Source of the DNA: an uncultured bacterium
Lineage (GTDB): Bacteria; Hydrothermota; UBA3073; NMUJ01; CBEVQO01
Direction of reading: 5' to 3'
Length of the DNA: 64,000 bases
Assembly (NCBI GenBank): GCA_965552055.1
Contig: CBEVQO010000001.1
Location: 96,001-160,000 of the forward strand
In this document: piece after piece, positions 19,330-27,573 of the stretch
Layout of the letters: each line of letters opens with the position of its first letter
Numbering within the stretch: position 1 is the first letter of the stretch
Made by a program: the position numbers and the translations under genes
The notes under the pieces: model-generated
What the model was told of the DNA's origin: nothing
Seen by the model: only the letters and a program-made list of their open reading frames with translations
Database searches by the model: none

Positions 19330-19356
19330 TTGACAAATTTAAAAATAGGATAAAAT
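19330..19356 (+). promoter_or_regulatory. Promoter of the two-gene module/tRNA unit
   Basis: TTGACA 19330-19335, 15 bp, TAAAAT 19351-19356; ATG 19365. Confidence 0.75.
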
Positions 19357-19364
19357 ATAATGAA

Positions 19365-19703
19365 ATGGCACTGCTTACTTCTTCGTTGAATTCTCTTTTA
19401 AGTTTGCAAATATTGAATGGCAATGTCGAGGAAAAAATATATCATAGCATTCATGACTTAATAAGAAATTACGCTGAGAATTTTAAAGAAATCATGAAAG
19501 GAGTTTATGTAATAAAATTTAGAAGCGAAGAGGATTGGTCTAACTTAATCGATGCATTGGTAGAATACGCAGAAAAGCTTTGGGAAAATAAAAAAATTAA
19601 AATGCACTTTATAATCTCTCCTTTGACTAACAGTTCTTTTTATAATGGATGGCTACCCAGAAAAAAATGGAAAGAACTTATAGAAATGCTGGAGGAAATA
19701 TGA
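19365..19703 (+). CDS. Hypothetical protein, possible Cas2/SinR-like ferredoxin fold
   Basis: 112 aa; beta-alpha-beta-beta-alpha-beta-like pattern ending FIISP...YNGWLPRKKW. Similarity is from recall only. Confidence 0.55.
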   Translation: MALLTSSLNSLLSLQILNGNVEEKIYHSIHDLIRNYAENFKEIMKGVYVIKFRSEEDWSNLIDALVEYAEKLWENKKIKMHFIISPLTNSSFYNGWLPRKKWKELIEMLEEI

Positions 19704-20020
19704 GAGACGAAACAAAATTAGATGAAATTGAAAGTAAAAATCCTTTAGAAGTAAGATTAGAAGTGCCTCCTTTAAGAATTAAACTTTTATATGAAGATTA
19801 TTTCCGTGATTATGAAGATTATATTGTGGCGACATCTATTTTTGCGGCTCTCTTTTTTGGAGCTTTAATCAATTATCTTGATCTTTATCGTAAAGTTATT
19901 TTTATTTTACTAATTGTGAGTGGAATTTTGACTTTCTTTTTTGCATTAAGGGCATTACAAAAAAGAAAAAAGATGCTGCGTGCTCCTCGCAAGTTCATTA
20001 AGTGTTTTCCTGAGTTGTAG
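19700..20020 (+). CDS. Hypothetical protein with two transmembrane helices
   Basis: SD GGAGG, ATGA overlap; hydrophobic IVATSIFAALFFGALINYL and VIFILLIVSGILTFFFAL; basic tail. Confidence 0.75.
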   Translation: MRDETKLDEIESKNPLEVRLEVPPLRIKLLYEDYFRDYEDYIVATSIFAALFFGALINYLDLYRKVIFILLIVSGILTFFFALRALQKRKKMLRAPRKFIKCFPEL

Positions 20021-20021
20021 T

Positions 20022-20093
20022 TGGGGGGTGGTCTAACGGGCAGGACGCTGGGCTCTGGACCCAGAGGTCGGGGTTCGAATCCCTGCCCCCCAG
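20022..20093 (+). tRNA. tRNA-Gln(CTG), CCA not encoded
   Basis: Acceptor stem TGGGGGG/CCCCCCA with discriminator G; anticodon arm CTGGG-CTCTGGA-CCCAG (CTG at 20055-20057); T arm CGGGG-TTCGAAT-CCCTG. Confidence 0.96.
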
Positions 20094-20096
20094 CTC

Positions 20097-20903
20097 ATGC
20101 TTAAAATCTTACTGTATATACTCATCATAATAGGACTTTATATTTTTAAAAGATATTTCGAATTTAAACATCTTTATTTCCCGCAAAGATTATTCATTGA
20201 CTCTCCCGATAATTGGGGGCTCCAATATGAAGACATTTATTTTAGGACACAGGATGGCAAAAAATTAAATGGCTGGCTTTTCACTTCGAATGATGGCAAG
20301 ATAACAATTTTATTTTGTCATGGTAATGCTGGCAATATTTCGTATCGTATTTACTATGCTGAGCGGTTTGTAGAAAAGGGGTACAACTTTTTTATATTCG
20401 ATTACAGGGGGTATGGAAAAAGTGAAGGAATTCCTTCACAAAAAGGTCTATTACTTGATGCATTATCTGCTTACGAATGGCTAACAGTAGAAAGGGGTAT
20501 AAATCCGGAGGATGTTATAATTATGGGTGAATCTCTCGGTGCAGTAATTGCAATATGGCTTGCTACGAGGGTAGATGCCATGTGTTTGGTTGCAGAAGCC
20601 CCTTTTACATCTGTTGCGGATATGGCAAAAGAAATTTATAGAATTAGACCACCTCTCTGGGCTTTACATGATAAATATCCTGCCGAAAAATGGATAAAGA
20701 AGATAAAGATGCCTGTTTTGATATTTCATAGTATGGATGATGAAGTAGTTCCCTTCTGGATGGGGCAATCTATTTTTAAATCGGCACCTGAGCCCAAGAA
20801 ATTTGTAACAATCAGAGGAGAGCACTGCACGGGAATAGAAGACCCAGATTACCTTCCATCAATAACAAACTTTATAGAAAAAATAAAATTTGATAAAAAA
20901 TGA
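20097..20903 (+). CDS. Alpha/beta hydrolase (YfhR/ABHD13-like) with N-terminal anchor
   Basis: HGNAGNI, DYRGYGKSEG, GESLG nucleophile, DEVVP, C-terminal His. Confidence 0.9.
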   Translation: MLKILLYILIIIGLYIFKRYFEFKHLYFPQRLFIDSPDNWGLQYEDIYFRTQDGKKLNGWLFTSNDGKITILFCHGNAGNISYRIYYAERFVEKGYNFFIFDYRGYGKSEGIPSQKGLLLDALSAYEWLTVERGINPEDVIIMGESLGAVIAIWLATRVDAMCLVAEAPFTSVADMAKEIYRIRPPLWALHDKYPAEKWIKKIKMPVLIFHSMDDEVVPFWMGQSIFKSAPEPKKFVTIRGEHCTGIEDPDYLPSITNFIEKIKFDKK

Positions 20904-20912
20904 AAAAAATAG

Positions 20913-20940
20913 TTGACAAATGTCAAAAATTGATTAAAAT
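20913..20940 (+). promoter_or_regulatory. Promoter of the STAS-HATPase...cNMP operon, probably leaderless
   Basis: TTGACA 20913-20918, 16 bp, TAAAAT 20935-20940, 5 nt, ATG 20946. The -35 sits in the palindrome TTGACA-AA-TGTCAA. Confidence 0.8.
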
Positions 20941-20945
20941 AAAAA

Positions 20946-21887
20946 ATGGGGATTGAGACTTACAGGTATGAGTTTCGTCAGATGAAGGTTTTTATGAATT
21001 TTGAGCGCTTTCAGGGTGTATGGGGGTTTGTTTTCTCTGGTGCTCTCGATACCGAGCCTTCTTCCCGTCTTTTCAAATGGGTGAAGGAGAATTGTTTCAA
21101 AAGAAAGTATAATTATATCGTTGATTTAAACAATGTTAACTTCTGCAGTTCAACTGCGATACGCCTATTTACTGCTTTTACAAAGAATTACAACGAATTT
21201 GTGCTGTTCTCAAAACTCGCCAAAAATATAGAAAGACCTTTTAAACTAATTGGTCTTGATAAATTTTTAACATTTTATGAAGACCTGGTGGAATTACCAT
21301 CAAAATTTAATATCTCTGAAGAGTTGATAAAAGTTATGAGAACCCAGGTTGCAGAGACGATGAGCTTTGCTCTCACAAGGAGAAGCTGGCTTGAGATACT
21401 GGGGGCTTATGTTCCTCGTGAAAAATTAATGAAGGAGGCACAAAAATTATCCCCTTATTTGACCGAAGCAAGGCATTCCAAAAGCTTACTTTTGCCGGCA
21501 AAATATGAATATATTCCTGTTGTTTATGTATTTCTCACAAGAATATTTTATGATGTGGCGGGTTTCTCAAAAGAAGAGGTAGGTGAAGATATAATAGAAT
21601 TCATTGCAAAGGAATTGATGTCCAATGCAATAAGATATGGCTATGATTATAGACTCGATGGATACATCGAAGTATCTTATGAGATAAATCAAAAATTTTT
21701 GATGATAGATTTCATAGATTGGGGTAAAGGGATAGGCAAAGGTGCAAAGAAAAAGGATGCCATTGGTCTTCATCTTTTGAAGAGAATTTTCGATAAAATT
21801 AAAATCGGCAAAGCACCTTACAAAGTGCCCAAAGGAATAAGTCTCGGTCCAGGTACACATATTCGTTTGATAAAGAAAAGAAAATAA
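20946..21887 (+). CDS. STAS (anti-anti-sigma) plus HATPase_c (RsbW-like anti-sigma kinase) fusion
   Basis: FSGALD, VDLNNVNFCSSTAI, FKLIGL (STAS); KELMSNAIRYG, DWGKG, IGLHLL, GTHIRL (GHKL). Confidence 0.78.
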   Translation: MGIETYRYEFRQMKVFMNFERFQGVWGFVFSGALDTEPSSRLFKWVKENCFKRKYNYIVDLNNVNFCSSTAIRLFTAFTKNYNEFVLFSKLAKNIERPFKLIGLDKFLTFYEDLVELPSKFNISEELIKVMRTQVAETMSFALTRRSWLEILGAYVPREKLMKEAQKLSPYLTEARHSKSLLLPAKYEYIPVVYVFLTRIFYDVAGFSKEEVGEDIIEFIAKELMSNAIRYGYDYRLDGYIEVSYEINQKFLMIDFIDWGKGIGKGAKKKDAIGLHLLKRIFDKIKIGKAPYKVPKGISLGPGTHIRLIKKRK

Positions 21888-22558
21888 TGGCAGTAAAAAT
21901 TGGAAATTATGTGAGAATAAAAGGCAAAGTACAAATAGGTAAAAATTCTAAGATTCATGATTTTTGTGTTATAGGTGAAAATCCGCGTAAAAAAGCTGAA
22001 AGAGATGAGGTTATCATTGGAAAAAATGCAGAGATAAGACCTTTTACTGTTATTTACAAAGGAAACATAATAGGCGATGATTTCAAGACAGGTCAGCGTG
22101 TTATGATAAGAGAGGAAAATGAAATAGGTGATAATGTATCTATAGGTACGGGTTCTGTTCTTGAATTTGGCAATAAAATAGGTTCAAATTCACGGATTCA
22201 TTCTCTTTGTTTTCTTGAGCTCACGGAAATTGGCAAATGGGTATTTGTTGGACCTGGTGTTGTTTTTACTGATGACCCTCATCCTATGTTATGTCCTTAT
22301 TGGGATAAATGTCTGGGTGGAGTTAAAGTTTCTGACTATGCTAAAATAGGCGCTGGTTCTGTGATATTACCTGGTGTTAAAATTGGCAAACATGCGCTCG
22401 TTGGTGCAGGAGCTGTTGTAACGAAAGATGTTAAAGATGAAGAAGTGGTAGCAGGAAATCCTGCTCGTTTTATGAAGAAAATAAAGGAACTGAAATGTTA
22501 TAAAGGATATTTTGAAAGACCTTATATGTGGCCCCCTTACACTGAAGATGGCGGTTAA
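21887..22558 (+). CDS. Hexapeptide-repeat acyltransferase (WbpD-like sugar N-acetyltransferase)
   Basis: Left-handed beta-helix repeats, FVGPGVVFTDD, GAGAVVTKDV, AGNPAR. Confidence 0.88.
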   Translation: MAVKIGNYVRIKGKVQIGKNSKIHDFCVIGENPRKKAERDEVIIGKNAEIRPFTVIYKGNIIGDDFKTGQRVMIREENEIGDNVSIGTGSVLEFGNKIGSNSRIHSLCFLELTEIGKWVFVGPGVVFTDDPHPMLCPYWDKCLGGVKVSDYAKIGAGSVILPGVKIGKHALVGAGAVVTKDVKDEEVVAGNPARFMKKIKELKCYKGYFERPYMWPPYTEDGG

Positions 22559-23591
22559 AGTTGGTTTAATAGGTTGCGGATACTGGGGTAAAAATCTATT
22601 AAGAGTTTTAAAGAATTTAGAGAAATGTGAACTTGTTGCCTGCTGTGATATCGATGAAGAAAAGTTATCCGAGGCACAGAGAAAATGGAAAGTTAAAAGA
22701 GTGACCCCTGATTACACTGATATAATACACGATGTAACAATAGATGCCATAGTGATAGCAACTCCGACTAACAGTCATTATGAGATAGCCAAAAACTCCT
22801 TGCTTCACAATAAACATGTTTTTGTTGAGAAACCTTTTGTAAGGGAGTATGAACAGGGGATTGAACTACTCGAATTGCAGAGGGCAGTAGGTAAAGTTTT
22901 AATGGTCGGTCATACATTTCTCTATTCGCCTGCTGTAAGAAAAATAAAAGAGATTTTGAAAAATAAGGAATTAGGAGAAGTATTTTATATTTCTTCTCGA
23001 AGAGTCAATCTTGGTATTCATCGCAAAGATGTTAATGTAGTGTGGGACCTTGCTTCTCATGATTTATCAATATTATTTTACTGGCTTGAATGTGCCCCTT
23101 ATTCTGTGCTAGCTACAGGTAAAGATTGTGTTATAGATGGCAAACTAGATGTTGCATTTATAACTTTGCGATTTCCAGGAGGAATAATCTGCAATATAGA
23201 GGTGAGCTGGCTTGCTCCCAGCAAAATAAGGAATATCACAATTGTAGGCTCTGATAAAATGCTGGTATATGATGATACAGAAGTTCATGAGAAAATAAAA
23301 ATTTACAACAAATCTGTTGAAGTTTTGAATCATGATAATTTTGGAGAATTTCAACTTGCTTACAGAACAGGAGAAGTGATGGCTCCTTATATCCCCAATG
23401 ACGAGCCTTTAAAAATAGAATTATCGCATTTTATAGAATGCATAGAGAAAGGGGAAGAACCTTTATCAAATGCAGAATCAGGGCTTGAGGTCGTAAAATA
23501 TCTTGAATTAATTGAGAAATCATTGCAGAATGATGGTAAACCAATCGACAATAATGGAGAAAATAATCTCCAGTGTAAAAGAGGCGATTAA
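22548..23591 (+). CDS. Gfo/Idh/MocA oxidoreductase (nucleotide-sugar dehydrogenase-like)
   Basis: GCGYWG, IATP, HVFVEKP, WDLASHD. Confidence 0.9.
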   Translation: MAVKVGLIGCGYWGKNLLRVLKNLEKCELVACCDIDEEKLSEAQRKWKVKRVTPDYTDIIHDVTIDAIVIATPTNSHYEIAKNSLLHNKHVFVEKPFVREYEQGIELLELQRAVGKVLMVGHTFLYSPAVRKIKEILKNKELGEVFYISSRRVNLGIHRKDVNVVWDLASHDLSILFYWLECAPYSVLATGKDCVIDGKLDVAFITLRFPGGIICNIEVSWLAPSKIRNITIVGSDKMLVYDDTEVHEKIKIYNKSVEVLNHDNFGEFQLAYRTGEVMAPYIPNDEPLKIELSHFIECIEKGEEPLSNAESGLEVVKYLELIEKSLQNDGKPIDNNGENNLQCKRGD

Positions 23592-24912
23592 TAGGTATAA
23601 TCTTTTAGAAAAGGGAGATAAAATTTTGCTGGCAATATCCGGTGGACCTGATTCTATGGCATTGCTTCATATAATGCGTATGATTCAAGCTGAATATGAG
23701 TTATCTCTATGTGTTGCCCATTTTGATCATGGAATAAGGGAAGAAAGTTTCAGGGATGCTGAATTTGTTGAATCAGAGTGCAGGAAACTTGGGTTAAGAT
23801 TTGTGATGGGAAAAGGCAGGGTGCCTGAGCTTAAAGAATCTCTGGGCATTTCGCTTGAGGATGCTGCGAGACGCGCAAGGTATAGCTTCTTGCTTGATGT
23901 GGCTGAAAAATTGGGAATGAATAAAATTGCAACAGGACACACAGCAGATGATATGCTTGAAACACTTATATTAAGAATAGCAAGAGGAACAGGACTATCG
24001 GGATTGTCGCTTATAAAACCAAAAACAGGGAAAATCATAAGACCATTAATACTTTTAACAAGAGAAGAGATTTTGAAATTTCTATCAGAAGAAGAAATAC
24101 CCTATGTTGTTGATAGAACTAATTTTGAACTGAAATACAAAAGAAATTTTGTAAGGCATAAAATTGTCCCCCTTTTAAAAGAGTTAAATCCCGATATTTT
24201 GAAAATAGTGGCAAAAGAAAGAGATGTATGGGAAGAAGAAAATAATGCCCTCGAAGACCTTGCACAAAAATATTATGACAGATACTCAAAGGAAGAAAAG
24301 GGTATGATAATTCTTAATTGTAAGGAGTTAAAATCCTATCATACGGGATTTTTGAAAAAGGTTTTTAGATGCGCTATAAAAGAAGCAAAAGGTGATTTAA
24401 CGAAAATCAAAAAAGAACATCTTGACAACCTTGTAATGTTGTTAAAAGAAAAGATGTCGGGAAAGGAAATAGATATACCCGGACTTAAAGTTAAAAAATC
24501 CTATGATGAACTTTTCTTCATCAGGGAAGAAATAAATCTTGAAAAAGAAAAAGTTTTTGAAGTACCTGGTGAATTGAATTTTAATGGTTACAAATTAAAA
24601 GCACATTTCACTGATGAGCGTATTATTGGAGACGGTAAAAGGATAGCTGTTTTTGATGCAGATGCTTTATCTTTGCCTCTTAAAGTGCGAAGCAGGCAAC
24701 CTGGTGATAAAATGATGCCTTTTGGTCTATCCGAATACAAAAAATTAAAGGAAATTTTCATAGATGACAAAATACCTCTTTATCTCAGAGATTTACTTCC
24801 TGTTGTGATTTCTGGTGAAGAAATAATATGGGTGCCTTTTGTGAGGCAATCGAATCATGGAAAAATAACGGAAAAAACTCGAAGATTCCTTGTGCTGGAA
24901 TGCGAAAAATAA
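23554..24912 (+). CDS. tilS: tRNA(Ile)-lysidine synthetase
   Basis: SGGPDS, ARRARY, GHTADD, IIRPL, RNFVR, TilS_C domain (RSRQPGD, KKLKEIFID). Confidence 0.95.
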   Translation: MEKIISSVKEAINRYNLLEKGDKILLAISGGPDSMALLHIMRMIQAEYELSLCVAHFDHGIREESFRDAEFVESECRKLGLRFVMGKGRVPELKESLGISLEDAARRARYSFLLDVAEKLGMNKIATGHTADDMLETLILRIARGTGLSGLSLIKPKTGKIIRPLILLTREEILKFLSEEEIPYVVDRTNFELKYKRNFVRHKIVPLLKELNPDILKIVAKERDVWEEENNALEDLAQKYYDRYSKEEKGMIILNCKELKSYHTGFLKKVFRCAIKEAKGDLTKIKKEHLDNLVMLLKEKMSGKEIDIPGLKVKKSYDELFFIREEINLEKEKVFEVPGELNFNGYKLKAHFTDERIIGDGKRIAVFDADALSLPLKVRSRQPGDKMMPFGLSEYKKLKEIFIDDKIPLYLRDLLPVVISGEEIIWVPFVRQSNHGKITEKTRRFLVLECEK

Positions 24913-25625
24913 TCATTATAATGATAATGTTTATAATGGGCTGTGCATCTCGTAAGGAAAGTATTTTTGAAGAATTAGCGGAAAGTGCATTGTGGGATGA
25001 GTATATACAGCAACTGGTTTTATTTTCTTATTATGAAACGAAGTTTACAGTCGATGGTGATACTTTTTATAGAAAAGTTGATACCACTTATGGCTTTAAA
25101 ATTTTCGATACTTTAAAATGTACAGATTCCTGTGCTATCTGCAAACTTTGTCTTGAGTGGTATAACGAATTTGTAAAAGAAGATACATCTTATTCTAACA
25201 TATACCAAGGTGAAATTATTTTTAAAATGAAGAAAGAAAACGGCTGGAAAATTGATAGTCTGGGTATTGTGAGAGTTCATTGTGATAGTGAGTGGGTTCT
25301 TCCTTCCTTTTATGTTTTGCGTAATGGGAAAATTTTGGAAGGGAATTATGAGTTTGAAAAAGGAGATACTCTTGAAGTTCGGCTCGAAAATATCGATACT
25401 TTAAGATTTTTACCGGTTTTACATGTTGTTGGAAATACTTCAAAAAAATTCGAGTTTAAAAATGGAAAATTATGTGTAAAAATTACAAAACTTGATTATG
25501 GTAAATACTGGATGTGGATTGATTTGATTGATAAAAAGTATGTGATGCATGGAGGTAGTGATAGGAGTTTTGTGTTCGGTTTGCCTTACTGTGTTAAAAC
25601 ATTTTATAAGGAGGGTTTATGGTAG
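24900..25625 (+). CDS. Hypothetical lipoprotein
   Basis: MRKIIIIMIMFIMG-C lipobox-like N-terminus; beta-rich body. Confidence 0.7.
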   Translation: MRKIIIIMIMFIMGCASRKESIFEELAESALWDEYIQQLVLFSYYETKFTVDGDTFYRKVDTTYGFKIFDTLKCTDSCAICKLCLEWYNEFVKEDTSYSNIYQGEIIFKMKKENGWKIDSLGIVRVHCDSEWVLPSFYVLRNGKILEGNYEFEKGDTLEVRLENIDTLRFLPVLHVVGNTSKKFEFKNGKLCVKITKLDYGKYWMWIDLIDKKYVMHGGSDRSFVFGLPYCVKTFYKEGLW

Positions 25626-26107
25626 ATGTTAATATATTGTCCGGGATAGGTCTATTTGAGGACCTGGGGCCAGATTCTCTAAAAAATCTCGCTGAATTTA
25701 TCAAAGAAAAGCGTTACTATGAAGGCGATACGATATTCAAGCAGGGTGATTCAGGTAATGAGCTTTATATTCTAAAAGAAGGAGAATGTGAGGTGCAGGT
25801 TGATATAGGCACAGATAGGAAGCTGAGCGTGCAAATGATGGAGCCCGGTACGATTTTTGGAGAACTTTCTTTTATCGATGGTAAAGAAAGAACAGGTACA
25901 GTGATATGTAAGAAAGATGCAAAAGTTTTGATATTAAAAAGAGAAGACTTTAATAAATTCATGCAAAAGGATAAAGAAGGAGGTGCTAAACTTGCAATGA
26001 AAATAGCATATATGGTTGCAGAAAAATTAAGAGAAACCGATAAAAAATTCAGAGAATACTATCTAAAAGCAACTATTTCGATGTTAAAAGGAATAGGTGT
26101 TCTTTAA
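25619..26107 (+). CDS. Cyclic-nucleotide-binding domain protein without HTH
   Basis: IFKQGD, LYILKEG, FGELSFID.KERTGTV phosphate-binding cassette. Confidence 0.88.
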   Translation: MVDVNILSGIGLFEDLGPDSLKNLAEFIKEKRYYEGDTIFKQGDSGNELYILKEGECEVQVDIGTDRKLSVQMMEPGTIFGELSFIDGKERTGTVICKKDAKVLILKREDFNKFMQKDKEGGAKLAMKIAYMVAEKLRETDKKFREYYLKATISMLKGIGVL

Positions 26108-26379
26108 TATCTTATTCTGAAATCTTTAAACTCTCCTGTGTAAGGTTCCCAGTTTATTTCGAGATTTTCAACTCGTGCAAGACGGGGACCCTTTCTTAAT
26201 TCCTTGATAAGCTCTTTGATTTTCTCTTCCTCGCCTTCGACCACTACTTCTACTCTGCCATCCCAGAGGTTTTTTACCCAGCCTGTTAATCCAAGTTTGT
26301 TTGCCTTTTCCTCTGTGAACCATCTATAACATACACCCTGCACAAGTCCAGATACAAAAATGTGTGCTCTCTTAAGCAT
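26104..26379 (-). CDS. acyP: Acylphosphatase
   Basis: VSGLVQGVCYR, GWVKNLWDGRVEV. Confidence 0.95.
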   Translation of the reverse strand: MLKRAHIFVSGLVQGVCYRWFTEEKANKLGLTGWVKNLWDGRVEVVVEGEEEKIKELIKELRKGPRLARVENLEINWEPYTGEFKDFRIRY

Positions 26380-26720
26380 TATGCTGTGCGTAAAAACATA
26401 CCTATAATCGCAGCTATTATCGTTATTATGCCAACAGGAACCTGGAAGCCAGCAAGTGTTTCTGCTGTCTTTTGAGCTGCTTCCTCTGTCTTGGGTATCA
26501 TTTTTAGAAGATCAAGGATGAGGAAAAACCCGGATACCAAGCCCATAATTGCTGGAAATATCAGACGGGCAGTTTTAAAACTTGAAAGCCCAACGAGTAT
26601 TACCACTATTCCTATCGGCAATTTCAAGCCTGTTAACGCTTTGTCCGTCTCCCTGAAGGCTTCAACATTACGCAATAAACTCATTACGAGAATTAAACCT
26701 CCAAGTAATAGAAACTCCAT
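26379..26720 (-). CDS. Hypothetical membrane protein (about 4 hydrophobic segments)
   Basis: Highly hydrophobic; SD AGGGGG; own promoter. Confidence 0.75.
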   Translation of the reverse strand: MEFLLLGGLILVMSLLRNVEAFRETDKALTGLKLPIGIVVILVGLSSFKTARLIFPAIMGLVSGFFLILDLLKMIPKTEEAAQKTAETLAGFQVPVGIITIIAAIIGMFLRTA

Positions 26721-26737
26721 CTTACCCCCTTTTATAA

Positions 26738-26764
26738 ATTATATTCAAAATTTCTATTTGTCAA
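26738..26764 (-). promoter_or_regulatory. Consensus promoter of the membrane protein-acyP unit
   Basis: TTGACA (26764-26759), 15 bp, TATAAT (26743-26738). Confidence 0.82.
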
Positions 26765-26766
26765 CT

Positions 26767-27573
26767 TTATCTTTCTTTTAAACCTCCCCAGTTTAATTTT
26801 GTCCGTAAAATATTATAAAATGAATATTTCGTTGACCTTATAATCTTTATTTTATAATGTGCCTTTTTTACACTAAAATAACAGCCTTCAGGGATAGGTT
26901 CCCTTTGTTGACCATCGGCTACAATAACTCCATGTTCTTTTATGAGTTTAATTTTCACGATAGATTTTGAGTCGATAACTAAGGGTCTTGCTCCTAGAGT
27001 ATGCGGGCAGATGAAATTTATTAAAATTGCGTCGAGAGATGGATGAACTATGGGTCCCATTGCAGATAACGAATAGGCGGTTGAGCCTGTTGGCGTGCTC
27101 ACGATTACACCGTCTAATGAAAATGTAGAAAGGAATTCATCATTTATATAAATGCTCGTAGTAAGCATCCTTCCTGTTCCTGTACCTATGAGGACAATAT
27201 CGTTAAGACCATATAACTTTTTGCCATCAAAATTTGCTTCAAGTACCATTTTCTCTTCTACTTTGTAATTTCCCTTTAAAATATTTTCAAGTGCGTGATA
27301 AAGGGTTACTACCTGAATATCGGTAAGGAAGCCGAGTTTCCCCAGGTTCACTCCGCAAATTAATTTACCCTTCTCGCCCACTATACGGGCTGCTCGTAAA
27401 AGAGTGCCATCTCCTCCCATCGCAAGAATTATGTCACATTCATCAACCAGTAATTCTTTAGCTTCATCCAGCATGTAAACTTCCACACCTTTTGATTTCA
27501 GCCATTTTATAACTTCCGGTATAATCTTCTTTGCAAGCTCTTTTTCAGGATTAAAAATTATGCCTATTTTCAT
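26767..27573 (-). CDS. nadK: NAD(+) kinase
   Basis: GGDGTLL, GVNLGKLGFL, LND, STPTGSTAYSLSA.GP. Confidence 0.96.
   Translation of the reverse strand: MKIGIIFNPEKELAKKIIPEVIKWLKSKGVEVYMLDEAKELLVDECDIILAMGGDGTLLRAARIVGEKGKLICGVNLGKLGFLTDIQVVTLYHALENILKGNYKVEEKMVLEANFDGKKLYGLNDIVLIGTGTGRMLTTSIYINDEFLSTFSLDGVIVSTPTGSTAYSLSAMGPIVHPSLDAILINFICPHTLGARPLVIDSKSIVKIKLIKEHGVIVADGQQREPIPEGCYFSVKKAHYKIKIIRSTKYSFYNILRTKLNWGGLKER

Noticed and set aside
19365..19703. CRISPR-Cas locus suggested by the Cas2-like protein
   Set aside because: No repeat-spacer array and no cas1 or other cas genes in the window.
20022..20093. tRNA-Gln as a prophage or island integration site
   Set aside because: No integrase and no duplicated tRNA 3' end (att site) seen in the window.
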